Shown in pieces: positions 17,633 to 26,555 of a stretch of DNA of 32,000 nt. The DNA is from Ferroglobus placidus DSM 10642 (GTDB lineage Archaea > Halobacteriota > Archaeoglobi > Archaeoglobales > Archaeoglobaceae). Where the stretch lies: assembly GCF_000025505.1 (NCBI RefSeq), contig NC_013849.1, positions 1,260,001 through 1,292,000 of the forward strand, in the 5' to 3' direction. The position numbers and the translations under genes were made by a program. The first letter of the stretch is position 1. The number at the start of each line of letters is the position of its first letter. Below the pieces are notes generated by a model that saw only the letters and a program-made list of their open reading frames with translations, was not told where the DNA came from and did no database searches.

Positions 17633-18933
17633 CTCTTTAAAGCGACCAAAACCTTAGCAGCCCTCTCAGGAGTTGGAAACACCGGAATTCCGTAAGAGTG
17701 CATCTTCTCGACCTCTTTCCTCTCTACTTCTCCTCCCCCTAAAAACGCCACAACTACCGTTTTTCCGAGCTTTACTATCTCAGCCGTAGCCTCCGCAGCG
17801 TTCTCTATCGGGTCTCCGAAGATCAGCAGAAAAGCGTCCACGAGATCGTGAGTCGCTTTGGCAACTTCTAAGTACATCTCAGCGGTCGCGTCTCCGGTCA
17901 AATCTATCGGGTTGTCGAGGATTCCGTGGGGTGGAACGATATCCCTCAGCCTCGATTTAATTTCTTCGTCAGCTTCGAAAACTTTCACTCCGTTGCTCTC
18001 AAGAACGTCAACGGCTAATATCCCTGATCCGCCGGAGCTCGTTACGATGAGAATTCTATCTCCTTTAAAGGGTTTAAGGTAAGCGAAAGCTTTAGCGAAG
18101 TCGTAGAGCTCTTCGAGATTTTCAGCTCTTATCACTCCGCTTTGTTTACATGCAGCATCGAAAACTTCGTTTCTTCCAGCCATCGACTTTGTATGACTTT
18201 GCACGGCTTTAGCTCCCCTCTCAGTCACTCCGGGCTTTAAAACAACTATCGGCTTCTTGCTCTTCTTTGCAGCTTCCATGAACTTTCTTCCGTCCCTTAC
18301 TCCTTCTATGTAAAGAGCTATGACTTCCGTGTTTTTATCTTCCGAGAAAAAGTTGATCACGTCCACCTCATCCACGTCAGCTTTATTTCCCAAACTAACG
18401 AAGGTCGAAAATCCTATTCCGTCTCTCTGACTCCACTCAGCCAGAGCAGCCGCTACCGTCCCGCTTTGGGAGGCTATGGCAATTTTCCCCTTCATCGTTA
18501 TCAGCGGCCACGAAGCGCAGAAGTTGTGGTGGGTGTTGTTTATTCCCTGACAATTCGGCCCCACAATTCTTATCCCGTACCTTCTTGCGATCTCAACGAC
18601 CTTTTCCTCAAGTTCCTCATTTCCAGCCTCTCTGAAACCTCCGGTGATTATCACGGCATTCTTCACTCCCTTCTTTCCGAGATCCTCCATAACGTCAGGC
18701 ACGAGCTTTGCCGGAACGATTATTACGGCGAGATCTATTTCATCTGGCACTTCCAAAACGCTCTTGTAAACTTTCAACCCGAGAATCTCTCCACCCTTCG
18801 GATTTATCGGGTAGACTTTTCCCTTAAATCCCCCTTCGACTATGTTTCTCAAAACAACATGTCCAAGCTTTCTCGGATCTGCCGACGCTCCGATCACCGC
18901 CACAGATTCGGGATAGAACATCTTCTCCAGCAT
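17611..18933 (-). CDS. ADP-forming acyl-CoA/acetyl-CoA synthetase, alpha subunit
   Basis: FYPESVAVIGASADPRKLGHVVLRNI, GPNCQGINN, IAIASQSGTVAAALAEW, IVTSSGGSGILAVD: CoA-binding/succinyl-CoA synthetase-like domain. Confidence 0.92.
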   Translation of the reverse strand: MLEKMFYPESVAVIGASADPRKLGHVVLRNIVEGGFKGKVYPINPKGGEILGLKVYKSVLEVPDEIDLAVIIVPAKLVPDVMEDLGKKGVKNAVIITGGFREAGNEELEEKVVEIARRYGIRIVGPNCQGINNTHHNFCASWPLITMKGKIAIASQSGTVAAALAEWSQRDGIGFSTFVSLGNKADVDEVDVINFFSEDKNTEVIALYIEGVRDGRKFMEAAKKSKKPIVVLKPGVTERGAKAVQSHTKSMAGRNEVFDAACKQSGVIRAENLEELYDFAKAFAYLKPFKGDRILIVTSSGGSGILAVDVLESNGVKVFEADEEIKSRLRDIVPPHGILDNPIDLTGDATAEMYLEVAKATHDLVDAFLLIFGDPIENAAEATAEIVKLGKTVVVAFLGGGEVERKEVEKMHSYGIPVFPTPERAAKVLVALKRWYECMR

Positions 18934-19068
18934 TAAATTTCACTATTTATTATTCGGATAAAAGCGTGTCGGAATTAGTTACTTCTAAATTGCACTCATG
19001 CCACACAAAATTTATCGCAACTTCGTTAAATTTTTCTAAAATCTGAAGAATTTTCAGACGATAAACGA

Positions 19069-19080
19069 AAAGATATATAA
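19069..19080 (+). promoter_or_regulatory. Candidate TATA box for the CARF-HEPN gene
   Basis: aaagatatataa, about 30 nt upstream of GTG 19106, consistent with a leaderless or short-leader transcript. Confidence 0.5.
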
Positions 19081-19105
19081 TGGTGAATTTTTGAAAAATA
19101 TAGAC

Positions 19106-20181
19106 GTGAAGATACTGATCGCGACCGTCGGCGGTACGCCGGAACCTGTTCTGATATCCGCTCGGAAGGTTGGATTCGATAGAGTTGTTCTAATCCCGGG
19201 AAATACGTTGCTAAATTCGAAGGTTCCGTCGAAAACACTATAACGTGCATTTTCAAAGAACTGATAAAGCTGGATTTTGAAGAAATCTACGCAGACATTT
19301 CTACCGGACAGAACATCTACGCGGTGAGTTTGTTGGAGGCTCTAAGAAAGTACCTCACTTTTAAAAAACTCAGATACGTTTTACAAGGTAAGAGAGATGC
19401 TGCATCATTAAAGCTCGCTTACGTCCCTCCAATTCTCGAAGAAGGACAGGAAGCGAGAATAGAAATACACGAATTCGACGTAAAGGTGTTTTTTAGTTTG
19501 CCGAAATTTGGTTCGAGAATATGCGGTGACGTTGAAAAGCAGAAGAAAATGGGAAAATTATTGAGCCAAATTTCGAGGGATTATAACACTCTTAAAATGG
19601 CTTTCAACGCTATAAGATACAACACCCCGCTGCCTTTCTACCACCGCGAAATAATCGATCTGAACGTGGATGCCGAGAGCAGAATAGAAGAGCTTATCGA
19701 AATCGTTGAGGAAGTAGAAAATTCGAAAGAAATTCTTGCGGGTGAAAATTCTTTGGTTGTCAGAAGAGAGGCGGTTGACAGCAACAATATCGGAAACATG
19801 TTTTTCGCTTTAGCCATGTTGTCGAGCGTTGTTGAGTTCTGGAGGAGAAAAATCGGGGAGCCTGAGGTAAACGAGATCGTCAAAACGTTCGAGGAGCTTT
19901 ATAAAAACTTGGAGCTTGAAGTTAACTCGAGGTTTTTGGAAAGAGATACGGACGAGATCAAGGAGAAAGCGAAAAACCTCGTAGGAGAACGATTGCTTTC
20001 CGAATTCTACGAAAGTGGCGGATCTAAAGACCGAAAAAGAAACTTTTTCGCCCACAGCGGATTCTTAAGAGAAATCACGAAGGTTAAAAAAGAGGGAGAG
20101 AAAATATTGTTAAGCTACGACCTCGAAGTGGCGAAAAAATTAGGCGTAGACGTGAGATCTTGGTTGCGTGACCCTTCCTAA
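19106..20181 (+). pseudogene. csx1: Csx1-like CARF-HEPN protein, reading frame interrupted (N-terminal piece 19106..19243, main piece in the other frame up to 20181)
   Basis: N-terminal frame 19106-19243: VKILIATVGGTPEPVLISARKVGFDRVVLIPGN...*. The other frame continues KYVAKFEGSVENTITCIFKELIKLDFEEIYADISTGQNIYAVSLLEALRKYL... and ends with a C-terminal HEPN R-x4-H motif (RNFFAH). Confidence 0.75.
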
Positions 20182-20252
20182 CTTTATGGAGTGACAAAAA
20201 CCTCCGCATATCGAAGCTCCCACCGGAATTTCTCGACATTCGGTGTGAGAAT

Positions 20253-20978
20253 ATGAAGTGGTCCGAGCACAGAAGAGTAACTGCCGAAATATGCAAACGA
20301 TTCGGACTCGAAAACTGCTTGGAAGTTACGAGAGCGAGTATTTTACCGGATGTTGAACCGGATTACTACTGGGTGTACGGGAAGAGGAGAGCTTATCGAA
20401 GAAGGGTTCCGCATCACGATGCTATGGCTGTAAACTACGCTTTTAATTACTTAAAGCGTGCGAGAAAAGCCTTTCTACGAGGTGAAAGCTACGCAGAACC
20501 TTTGGGCAGAGCTTTGCATTACTTGCAGGATTACTCGATAGACCCAACGGAGAAAATCTGGATATTCAGTTACAGAAGCGATTCTGCGCACGATGAAAGG
20601 GAAAGAATAAGGGTGGACGTTGACGAAAGTGCGATAAATGAAGCAAAAAGCTTAACGTGCTACCCGCACCAGTTTAAAAGCGTCGTTTTTCAGACTAAGA
20701 GAGGGAAAAATCCCGGAGAAATATCTTACGCATGCAGCTTTCTAACGGCTTTAGCGTTAAAAATGATCGTGAACCCTGACATGCCGGAAAATCTTACTGA
20801 AAACTACAACAAAGCTTTAGCCATTCATGCCGTTATTCTTTTACTTCCATGGCTTATCCTACTGGCTTTCGCTTCCGGGGCTACTTATTTCGTTCTCTCT
20901 GCAATTGCCAGCCTCCTTTTGCACTACGCAGACTTCTACTACCGAAGATGGAAGACTGACTACGAGTGGTTTAGTTGA
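20253..20978 (+). CDS. Predicted zinc-dependent phospholipase C/P1 nuclease-superfamily-like protein with C-terminal TM segments
   Basis: W3, H6, SILPDVEPD, RVPHHDA, LGRALHYLQDYS, SAHDERE resemble the Zn-dependent PLC His/Asp pattern. Hydrophobic C-terminus AVILLLPWLILLAFASGATYFVLSAIASLLLHY. Confidence 0.6.
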   Translation: MKWSEHRRVTAEICKRFGLENCLEVTRASILPDVEPDYYWVYGKRRAYRRRVPHHDAMAVNYAFNYLKRARKAFLRGESYAEPLGRALHYLQDYSIDPTEKIWIFSYRSDSAHDERERIRVDVDESAINEAKSLTCYPHQFKSVVFQTKRGKNPGEISYACSFLTALALKMIVNPDMPENLTENYNKALAIHAVILLLPWLILLAFASGATYFVLSAIASLLLHYADFYYRRWKTDYEWFS

Positions 20979-20996
20979 ACTTCAACAAAAATTTAG

Positions 20997-21069
20997 AGCC
21001 GCCGCCGGGATTTGAACCCGGGACCTGGTGATTACAAGTCACCCGCTCTGCCAGCTGAGCCACGGCGGC
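20997..21069 (-). tRNA. tRNA-Thr (anticodon TGT)
   Basis: Reverse complement folds as a cloverleaf: acceptor GCCGCCG/CGGCGGC with U discriminator, anticodon arm GGTGA-CTTGTAA-TCACC, T-arm CCGGG-TTCAAAT-CCCGG. Confidence 0.95.
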
Positions 21070-21094
21070 TTCAAATTATTTGCTTGTCAAAGAG

Positions 21095-21199
21095 TTAAAA
21101 AGTTTTATCGTTGAGTTTCGCATTACATATCTGGCAGATAGTTACTCCATCCTTAGTTCTGTGGAAGTACACTTTATTTCCGCAAAAAGGACACTTCAC
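21095..21199 (-). CDS. Zinc-ribbon microprotein (34 aa)
   Basis: Manual translation: VKCPFCGNKVYFHRTKDGVTICQICNAKLNDKTF*. GTG start overlaps the leuD-like stop (GTGA). Not in the ORF track. Confidence 0.6.
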   Translation of the reverse strand: MKCPFCGNKVYFHRTKDGVTICQICNAKLNDKTF

Positions 21200-21699
21200 G
21201 AGACCACCTCGATGTCGCCATACTTTTTCACGAACTCGACAAGCCCACCTTCTTTTAATATCTTCAACATGAAATCTGGGAGAGGCTTAGCTTTTATTTC
21301 TACTCCTTTGCTGAGGTTCTTTATCACGCCCCTCTCAAGATCCACTTCAAGCTCGTCTCCGCTGTCGATAGCGTCTGTGTCGGCTATTAAAACCGGCAAA
21401 CCCACGTTTATCGCGTTTCTGTAGAAAATTCTCGCGAAACTCTTGGCTATGACAGCGGAAACTCCGGCAACCTTCAAAGCTAAAGGAGCATGCTCCCTGC
21501 TACTCCCCATCCCGAAGTTTTTTCCGGCAACGACGAAGTCTCCTTTCCTGAACTTCTTCATAAAATCTGGATCTGCATCTTCCATGACGTGCTTCGCCAA
21601 CTCTTCTATCTTGCTTCTCAGGTGGTAATACCTTCCCGGAGTTATGTGGTCCGTGGTTATGTTGTCTCCGAACTTCCACGCTTTACCTTTGAGAATCAT
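21196..21699 (-). CDS. leuD: 3-isopropylmalate dehydratase/homoaconitase-family small subunit
   Basis: GKAWKFGDNITTDHITPGRYY, VVAGKNFGMGSSREHAPLALKVAGVSAVIAKSFARIFYRNAINVGLPVL. Confidence 0.9.
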   Translation of the reverse strand: MILKGKAWKFGDNITTDHITPGRYYHLRSKIEELAKHVMEDADPDFMKKFRKGDFVVAGKNFGMGSSREHAPLALKVAGVSAVIAKSFARIFYRNAINVGLPVLIADTDAIDSGDELEVDLERGVIKNLSKGVEIKAKPLPDFMLKILKEGGLVEFVKKYGDIEVVS

Positions 21700-21735
21700 G
21701 TAAACAAATTTGGAGAGAGTTGTTTTAAATTTTTA

Positions 21736-21745
21736 GGTTCCTCCA
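21736..21745. repeat. Left target-site duplication GGTTCCTCCA
   Basis: Identical 10-mer at 22960-22969 flanking the inverted repeats. Confidence 0.8.
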
Positions 21746-21765
21746 GGTTTTGGGACAAAATTCCT

Positions 21766-21924
21766 TTAATCCCTGACAACAATCACATACGCTCTCCACC
21801 CAATATACCTCTTGGGCACATCAACCTTTGCTGAATTACCGAAAGGCGTGACTCTCTTCTCGAAAACAACCTCAACCTCCTCTTTCAGAACAAAATCTCC
21901 CTTCTTCACTTCAACCCTCCTCAT
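21766..21924 (-). CDS. DUF2080-type transposase-associated protein (52 aa)
   Basis: MRRVEVKKGDFVLKEEVEVVFEKRVTPFGNSAKVDVPKRYIGWRAYVIVVRD*, inside the IS and divergent from the transposase. Confidence 0.8.
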   Translation of the reverse strand: MRRVEVKKGDFVLKEEVEVVFEKRVTPFGNSAKVDVPKRYIGWRAYVIVVRD

Positions 21925-21975
21925 GTTAAGTATATCCATAGAAATACTTAAATACTTTTTGGTTGGAATCAGAAC

Positions 21976-22944
21976 ATGAACCTTGGATTCAGAGTGACAG
22001 GGAAGTTTGTAAGGGAACTTCTGGATGTTTTGGATGAAATTGCAGAGGAGATAAGACAGGAGGAGAAGGAAAAGTATCCGTACACAGAATGGGAGAGGAA
22101 GAGAGAAGTTGTTAAGGAAAGGCTGAGAAAACTCCCTGAATACGTTAGAGAGGCTATTTCTGTGATAACCGTGCAAAAGAGGGTGGGAAGACCAAAGAAA
22201 GTTGATCTGGAGAAGAGAGTTATGCTCTTTCTGTTTGCAAGGCTGATGGACAAATCAAACAGAGATATTGAGGAGCTTTTAGAGCTGTTTGAACCTTTAT
22301 TCGGGATAAAGGTTAGCTACAAAACGATAGAAAGATTATACTCGGATGAAGAAGTTAGAATGGCTTTACACAACCTCTTCATCCTTCTGCTTAGAGAGGA
22401 AGGAGTTTCAGGAGATTTTTCAGGAGATGGGACAGGATACAGCCTAACCATCACTAAGCACTATAGAAGCAATCCTAAAAGGAAAGGTAAAGACTTCAGA
22501 TACGTTTTCAGGATAATTGACATCGATACGGGAATGTACGTTGGCTTTGGCTATTCTGACAGATCTGAGAAAGATGCCTTTGAGAAGGCTTTAGGAATGC
22601 TCAAAAGCATGGGGGTGAAGGTAAACTCGATTTCTCTGGATAAGTATTACAGCAGTAGGAAGACTCTGAGGCTGTTTGATGCTGAGACAGCTGTCTACGT
22701 CATTCCAAAGCGAAATCTTGCCAGAATAGGATTTGACTGGTTGAGGGTTATCGAGAGGATTGTTGAAGCTCCTTATAGGTTTCTGAAGAGGTACTTCAAG
22801 AGGAACTTAAGTGAGGCAGGATTTTCTGCTGATAAGAGGAGATTTGGATGGTTGATAAGGCAGAGGAGGGAGGACAGGAGAGAGATGGCTTTGTTTGCTG
22901 TCGGGCTTTGGCACAACATATTTGCTGTGAGGGTGATGAGGTAA
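21976..22944 (+). CDS. DDE-type transposase
   Basis: N-terminal helical/HTH region; GDFSGDGTGYSLT, SLDKYYSSRKT and a C-terminal acidic region; lies between the inverted repeats. Confidence 0.85.
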   Translation: MNLGFRVTGKFVRELLDVLDEIAEEIRQEEKEKYPYTEWERKREVVKERLRKLPEYVREAISVITVQKRVGRPKKVDLEKRVMLFLFARLMDKSNRDIEELLELFEPLFGIKVSYKTIERLYSDEEVRMALHNLFILLLREEGVSGDFSGDGTGYSLTITKHYRSNPKRKGKDFRYVFRIIDIDTGMYVGFGYSDRSEKDAFEKALGMLKSMGVKVNSISLDKYYSSRKTLRLFDAETAVYVIPKRNLARIGFDWLRVIERIVEAPYRFLKRYFKRNLSEAGFSADKRRFGWLIRQRREDRREMALFAVGLWHNIFAVRVMR

Positions 22945-22959
22945 TTTTGTCCCAAAGTC

Positions 22960-22969
22960 GGTTCCTCCA
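22960..22969. repeat. Right target-site duplication GGTTCCTCCA
   Basis: Direct repeat of 21736-21745. Confidence 0.8.
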
Positions 22970-23075
22970 GTAAAATTTATTAACTGAAATTATTTGATCA
23001 GAATTTATTTGTTGCAATTTAAGATGGGAAAGTTTATTATTTTTAAAGTATCAAATCATGTTCGGGTGATTTAAA

Positions 23076-24677
23076 ATGAAAAAAGGTTTGGTTGCAGTAG
23101 CTATTCTACTGGTTTTAGCGGTCGCCTTCGCTGGCTGCGCTCAGCAAGAGAAACCAGCAGAAAAACCAAAGGCTACTGAAACTCCGGAAAAAGCAGAGGC
23201 TAAGGAGAAGAAAACGATCGTGATAGGAGTCACGGATAAAATAACGGAACTCGACCCCGCAAATGCCTACGACTTCTTCACATGGGAAGTTATGAACAAC
23301 GTGATGGGAGGTCTAATGAGGTACAAGCCCGGAACCACGGAGCTCGAAACTTACTTGGCTGAAAGCTACGAAATACAAGAAGGCGGAAAGGTTTACGTCT
23401 TCCACCTCAGGAAAGACTTGAAATTTGCCGATGGAACGCCTTGTACAGCTAAGGACTTTGAGAGGAGCATAAAGAGGGTTATGAAGATAGGCGGCGACCC
23501 TTCGTGGCTCGTAACGGACTTCGTTGAGGACGTTCAAGCTGTAGACGACTACACTCTCAAGTTCGTCCTGAAGAAGCCTGTAGCTTACTTCTTGGCTTTA
23601 ACAGCCACTCCGCCTTACTTCCCGGTGCATCCGAACTACAAACCTGATGAGATCGATCCCGATCAAACGGCTGGAGGAGTTGGACCGTACAAGATAGTCA
23701 AGTGGGTTAGAGATCAGGAGCTCGTGCTTGAAGCAAACGAGAACTTCTTCGGAGAGAAACCGAAGACCGAGAGGATAATCATCAAGTTCTACGCAGACGC
23801 AACAACGTTGAGACTTGCAATTGAGAAGGGTGAAATCGACATAGCTTGGAGAACTCTAAATCCCGTAGACCTCGAATCTCTCAAGAAGAAGAGCGGGCTT
23901 AAGGTTTACGAAGTACCGGGTGGAGCGATAAGGTATCTTGTCTTAAACGGTAACGAAACCTACGGCTATCCGACTGCCAACAAACTCGTTAGGCAGGCTA
24001 TTGCCGCTGCAATAGACAGAGAAGACATCTCGAAGAGAGTTTACCTCGGCACGTGGGCTCCCCTTTACTCACTCGTTCCCATGGGAATGTGGAGCCACAT
24101 TGACGCTTTCAAAGAGAAGTACGGAGACGGAAACATAGAGATGGCAAGGCAGCTGTTGCAACAAGCCGGATACAGCGAGGAGAACAAGTTAAAGATCGAG
24201 CTCTGGTGGACCCCCACACACTACGGCGACACGGAAAAAGACCTCGCTCAGGTTTTGAAAGAGCAGCTCGAAGCTACCGGAATGATAGAGGTTGAGTTGA
24301 AGAGTGCCGAGTGGTCAACCTACGTTGATTACGCAAGAAAGGGAGCTATGATGGCATCTCTCTTCGGCTGGTATCCAGATTACATCGATCCCGACGACTA
24401 CACGACTCCGTTCCTAAAGAGCGGAGCAAACAGGTGGCTCGGATATCCGTACAGCAACCCAGAGGTTGATGAGTTGCTCGAGAAAGCTTCGGTGGAGACG
24501 GATCAGGCTAAGAGAGCGGAGTACTATAAGGAAGTGCAGAGAATACTTGCAGAAGACGCACCCATAGTTCCTCTCGTCCAGGGGCAGCTATCCCTTGTTG
24601 CCAAGGAGAACATAGGCGGAATCACTCTTGATCCGACGATGATATTCAGGTACTACACTCTGTATTGGGAGGAGTGA
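23076..24677 (+). CDS. Peptide/oligopeptide ABC transporter substrate-binding lipoprotein
   Basis: Lipobox VAFAGCAQQE; family 5 SBP motifs (TELDPANAYD, YLAESYEIQEGGKVYVFHLRKDLKFADGTP). Confidence 0.93.
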   Translation: MKKGLVAVAILLVLAVAFAGCAQQEKPAEKPKATETPEKAEAKEKKTIVIGVTDKITELDPANAYDFFTWEVMNNVMGGLMRYKPGTTELETYLAESYEIQEGGKVYVFHLRKDLKFADGTPCTAKDFERSIKRVMKIGGDPSWLVTDFVEDVQAVDDYTLKFVLKKPVAYFLALTATPPYFPVHPNYKPDEIDPDQTAGGVGPYKIVKWVRDQELVLEANENFFGEKPKTERIIIKFYADATTLRLAIEKGEIDIAWRTLNPVDLESLKKKSGLKVYEVPGGAIRYLVLNGNETYGYPTANKLVRQAIAAAIDREDISKRVYLGTWAPLYSLVPMGMWSHIDAFKEKYGDGNIEMARQLLQQAGYSEENKLKIELWWTPTHYGDTEKDLAQVLKEQLEATGMIEVELKSAEWSTYVDYARKGAMMASLFGWYPDYIDPDDYTTPFLKSGANRWLGYPYSNPEVDELLEKASVETDQAKRAEYYKEVQRILAEDAPIVPLVQGQLSLVAKENIGGITLDPTMIFRYYTLYWEE

Positions 24678-24741
24678 AGATTTTCCACTATTTTTTATTT
24701 ACAGAACTTTTTTAAAACGCAATAGATAGTTGGAGGCAATG

Positions 24742-25749
24742 TCTTCTCTAAGAACGTACGTAATCACGAGGGCATTGCTTGTAATCCCAACTGTGCTAAT
24801 TTTGCTCACCGTAGTCTTCTTTATCCTCAGAATTCTTCCCGGCGACCCTATAGCGGCGATGGTTGGGCAGAAAGTTCCGCCAGAAGTTCTGGAAAAACTC
24901 AGAAAGGAAGCTGGTTTGGACAAGCCAATAGTCGTTCAGTACGTCGAATACCTCTACAACATAGCCCATGGAAACTTCGGCAAGTCTTTAATCTGGGGTA
25001 GAAGACCGGTAATAGAGGAAATAGCTGATAGATTTCCCGCAACGCTCGAACTGACTATTTTCGGTTTCACTATAAGCGTTCTTATTGGCATAGTTACAGG
25101 CTCAATAGCTGCTTTTAGAAGGGGCTCGAAAATAGATGCCTCTCTCAGACTTTACAGCGTTTTAGCTTACACTCTCTTCATCCCGTGGTTTGGTATGCTT
25201 TTGCAGATGGTTTTCGGAGTTTACCTCGGACTTTTACCTATAGGCGGCAGAATAGATGCCGGTTTAGCTCCGGAGAGAATCACCGGACTTTACGTTATCG
25301 ACAGCTTGCTGACTTTAAATTTCGACGCTTTAGTCAGCGCCCTAAGTCACCTAATTTTGCCTTCAATAACCCTTGGAATAGTCCTAAGCGGAGCTTACAC
25401 GAGAATAGTGAGAAACAACCTGATAGATGTGTTGCATCAGGACTTCATAATGGCTTACAGGGCGAGGGGAGTTAGGGAAAGGAAGGTGATATTTCACGCG
25501 ATGAAAAACGCTTTCATTCCGGTAGTAACGCTGATGGGTTTGCAGTTTGCAATTCTCTTGGCTGGAGCAGTTTTGACCGAAACGACTTTTTCATGGCCCG
25601 GGATGGGAACTTTTCTCCTCGAAAGAATTCAGTACAGAGACTACACTTCCGTTCAAGGGGCTATAGTGTTCTACGCTCTTTTCGTCGCTTTGATTAGCTT
25701 GATAGTCGATGTGATATACGCTTTGCTCGATCCGAGGGTGAGGTACTGA
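24742..25749 (+). CDS. dppB: ABC transporter permease (DppB/OppB family)
   Basis: MSSLRTYVITRALLVIPTVLILLTVVFFILRILPGDP; typical DppB signature. Confidence 0.92.
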   Translation, partial: SSLRTYVITRALLVIPTVLILLTVVFFILRILPGDPIAAMVGQKVPPEVLEKLRKEAGLDKPIVVQYVEYLYNIAHGNFGKSLIWGRRPVIEEIADRFPATLELTIFGFTISVLIGIVTGSIAAFRRGSKIDASLRLYSVLAYTLFIPWFGMLLQMVFGVYLGLLPIGGRIDAGLAPERITGLYVIDSLLTLNFDALVSALSHLILPSITLGIVLSGAYTRIVRNNLIDVLHQDFIMAYRARGVRERKVIFHAMKNAFIPVVTLMGLQFAILLAGAVLTETTFSWPGMGTFLLERIQYRDYTSVQGAIVFYALFVALISLIVDVIYALLDPRVRY

Positions 25750-26555
25750 TGAGCAACAGAATGCTTTATGCGGGACTTGCTATAATTTCCGCCGTGGTGT
25801 TCATGGCAGTCTTTGCTCCTTTCATAGCCCCCTACGATCCAACAAAATCAACTGGGGACGTTTTACAGCCGCCGAGTGCAAAGCACATAATGGGGACCGA
25901 CAACCTCGGGAGAGACATATTTTCGAGGGTTGTTTACGGTGCGAGAGTCGTGCTTATCGTTGTTTTCTCCGCATCTCTCCTTTCGATGCTTGTTGGAGTC
26001 CCTCTCGGCCTGATCTCGGGATACTACGGTGGAAAACTCGATAGAGTTCTTTCGATGATAATGGACAGTCTTTACGCTTTTCCGAGTCTAATCTTGGCTA
26101 TAGCCATAGCTGCTGTTTTAGGACCGAGCGTTTTCAACGCTATGGTTGCGATAGCTGTCGTTTACATCCCAACGTACTTCAGAATGATTCGAGGACAAAC
26201 GCTGTCGATAAAAACGAGGTTGTTCGTGGAAGCGGCAAAAGTTTCTGGAGCGAGCAACGCGAGAATTCTGAGAAAGTACATATTTCCCAACGTAGCTACG
26301 ACGGTCATCGTTGTTTTCTCTTTAAGCGTTGCTGATGCTATCATCACCGAAGCCGGTTTAAGCTTTCTCGGGTTTATAGTAACTGCACCAACTCCGGACT
26401 GGGGCTTCGATTTAAGCTCGGGCAAACCCTACCTTCCGGCTGGCTACTGGTGGATGATTACGTTTCCCGGTTTAATGGTCATGCTTCTCTCTCTCGGCTT
26501 CGCTCTGGTTGGCGAAGCTTTAAGCGAGAGATACCTTGCGAGGGAGGAGAGATGA
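25749..26555 (+). CDS. dppC: ABC transporter permease (DppC/OppC family)
   Basis: HIMGTDNLGRDIFSRVVYGARVVL; EAGLSFLGF. Confidence 0.93.
   Translation: MSNRMLYAGLAIISAVVFMAVFAPFIAPYDPTKSTGDVLQPPSAKHIMGTDNLGRDIFSRVVYGARVVLIVVFSASLLSMLVGVPLGLISGYYGGKLDRVLSMIMDSLYAFPSLILAIAIAAVLGPSVFNAMVAIAVVYIPTYFRMIRGQTLSIKTRLFVEAAKVSGASNARILRKYIFPNVATTVIVVFSLSVADAIITEAGLSFLGFIVTAPTPDWGFDLSSGKPYLPAGYWWMITFPGLMVMLLSLGFALVGEALSERYLAREER

Larger units (their letters stand above)
21746..22959 (+). mobile_element. Complete ISA1214-like insertion sequence (1,214 bp)
   Basis: Terminal inverted repeats GGTTTTGGGACAAAATTCC (left) and GACTTTGGGACAAAATTACC (right end, reverse complement); 10-bp TSD; transposase plus divergent small ORF. 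Confidence 0.88.

Noticed and set aside
19195-19201. CCCGGGA as a proven programmed -1 frameshift site
   Set aside because: The heptamer fits the rule but is GC-rich and a short motif occurs by chance. No pseudoknot or stimulatory structure was identified. Kept only as a hypothesis.
23034-23082. Short ORF MGKFIIFKVSNHVRVI before the ABC substrate-binding protein
   Set aside because: Very short, AT-rich, overlaps the promoter region; no coding evidence.
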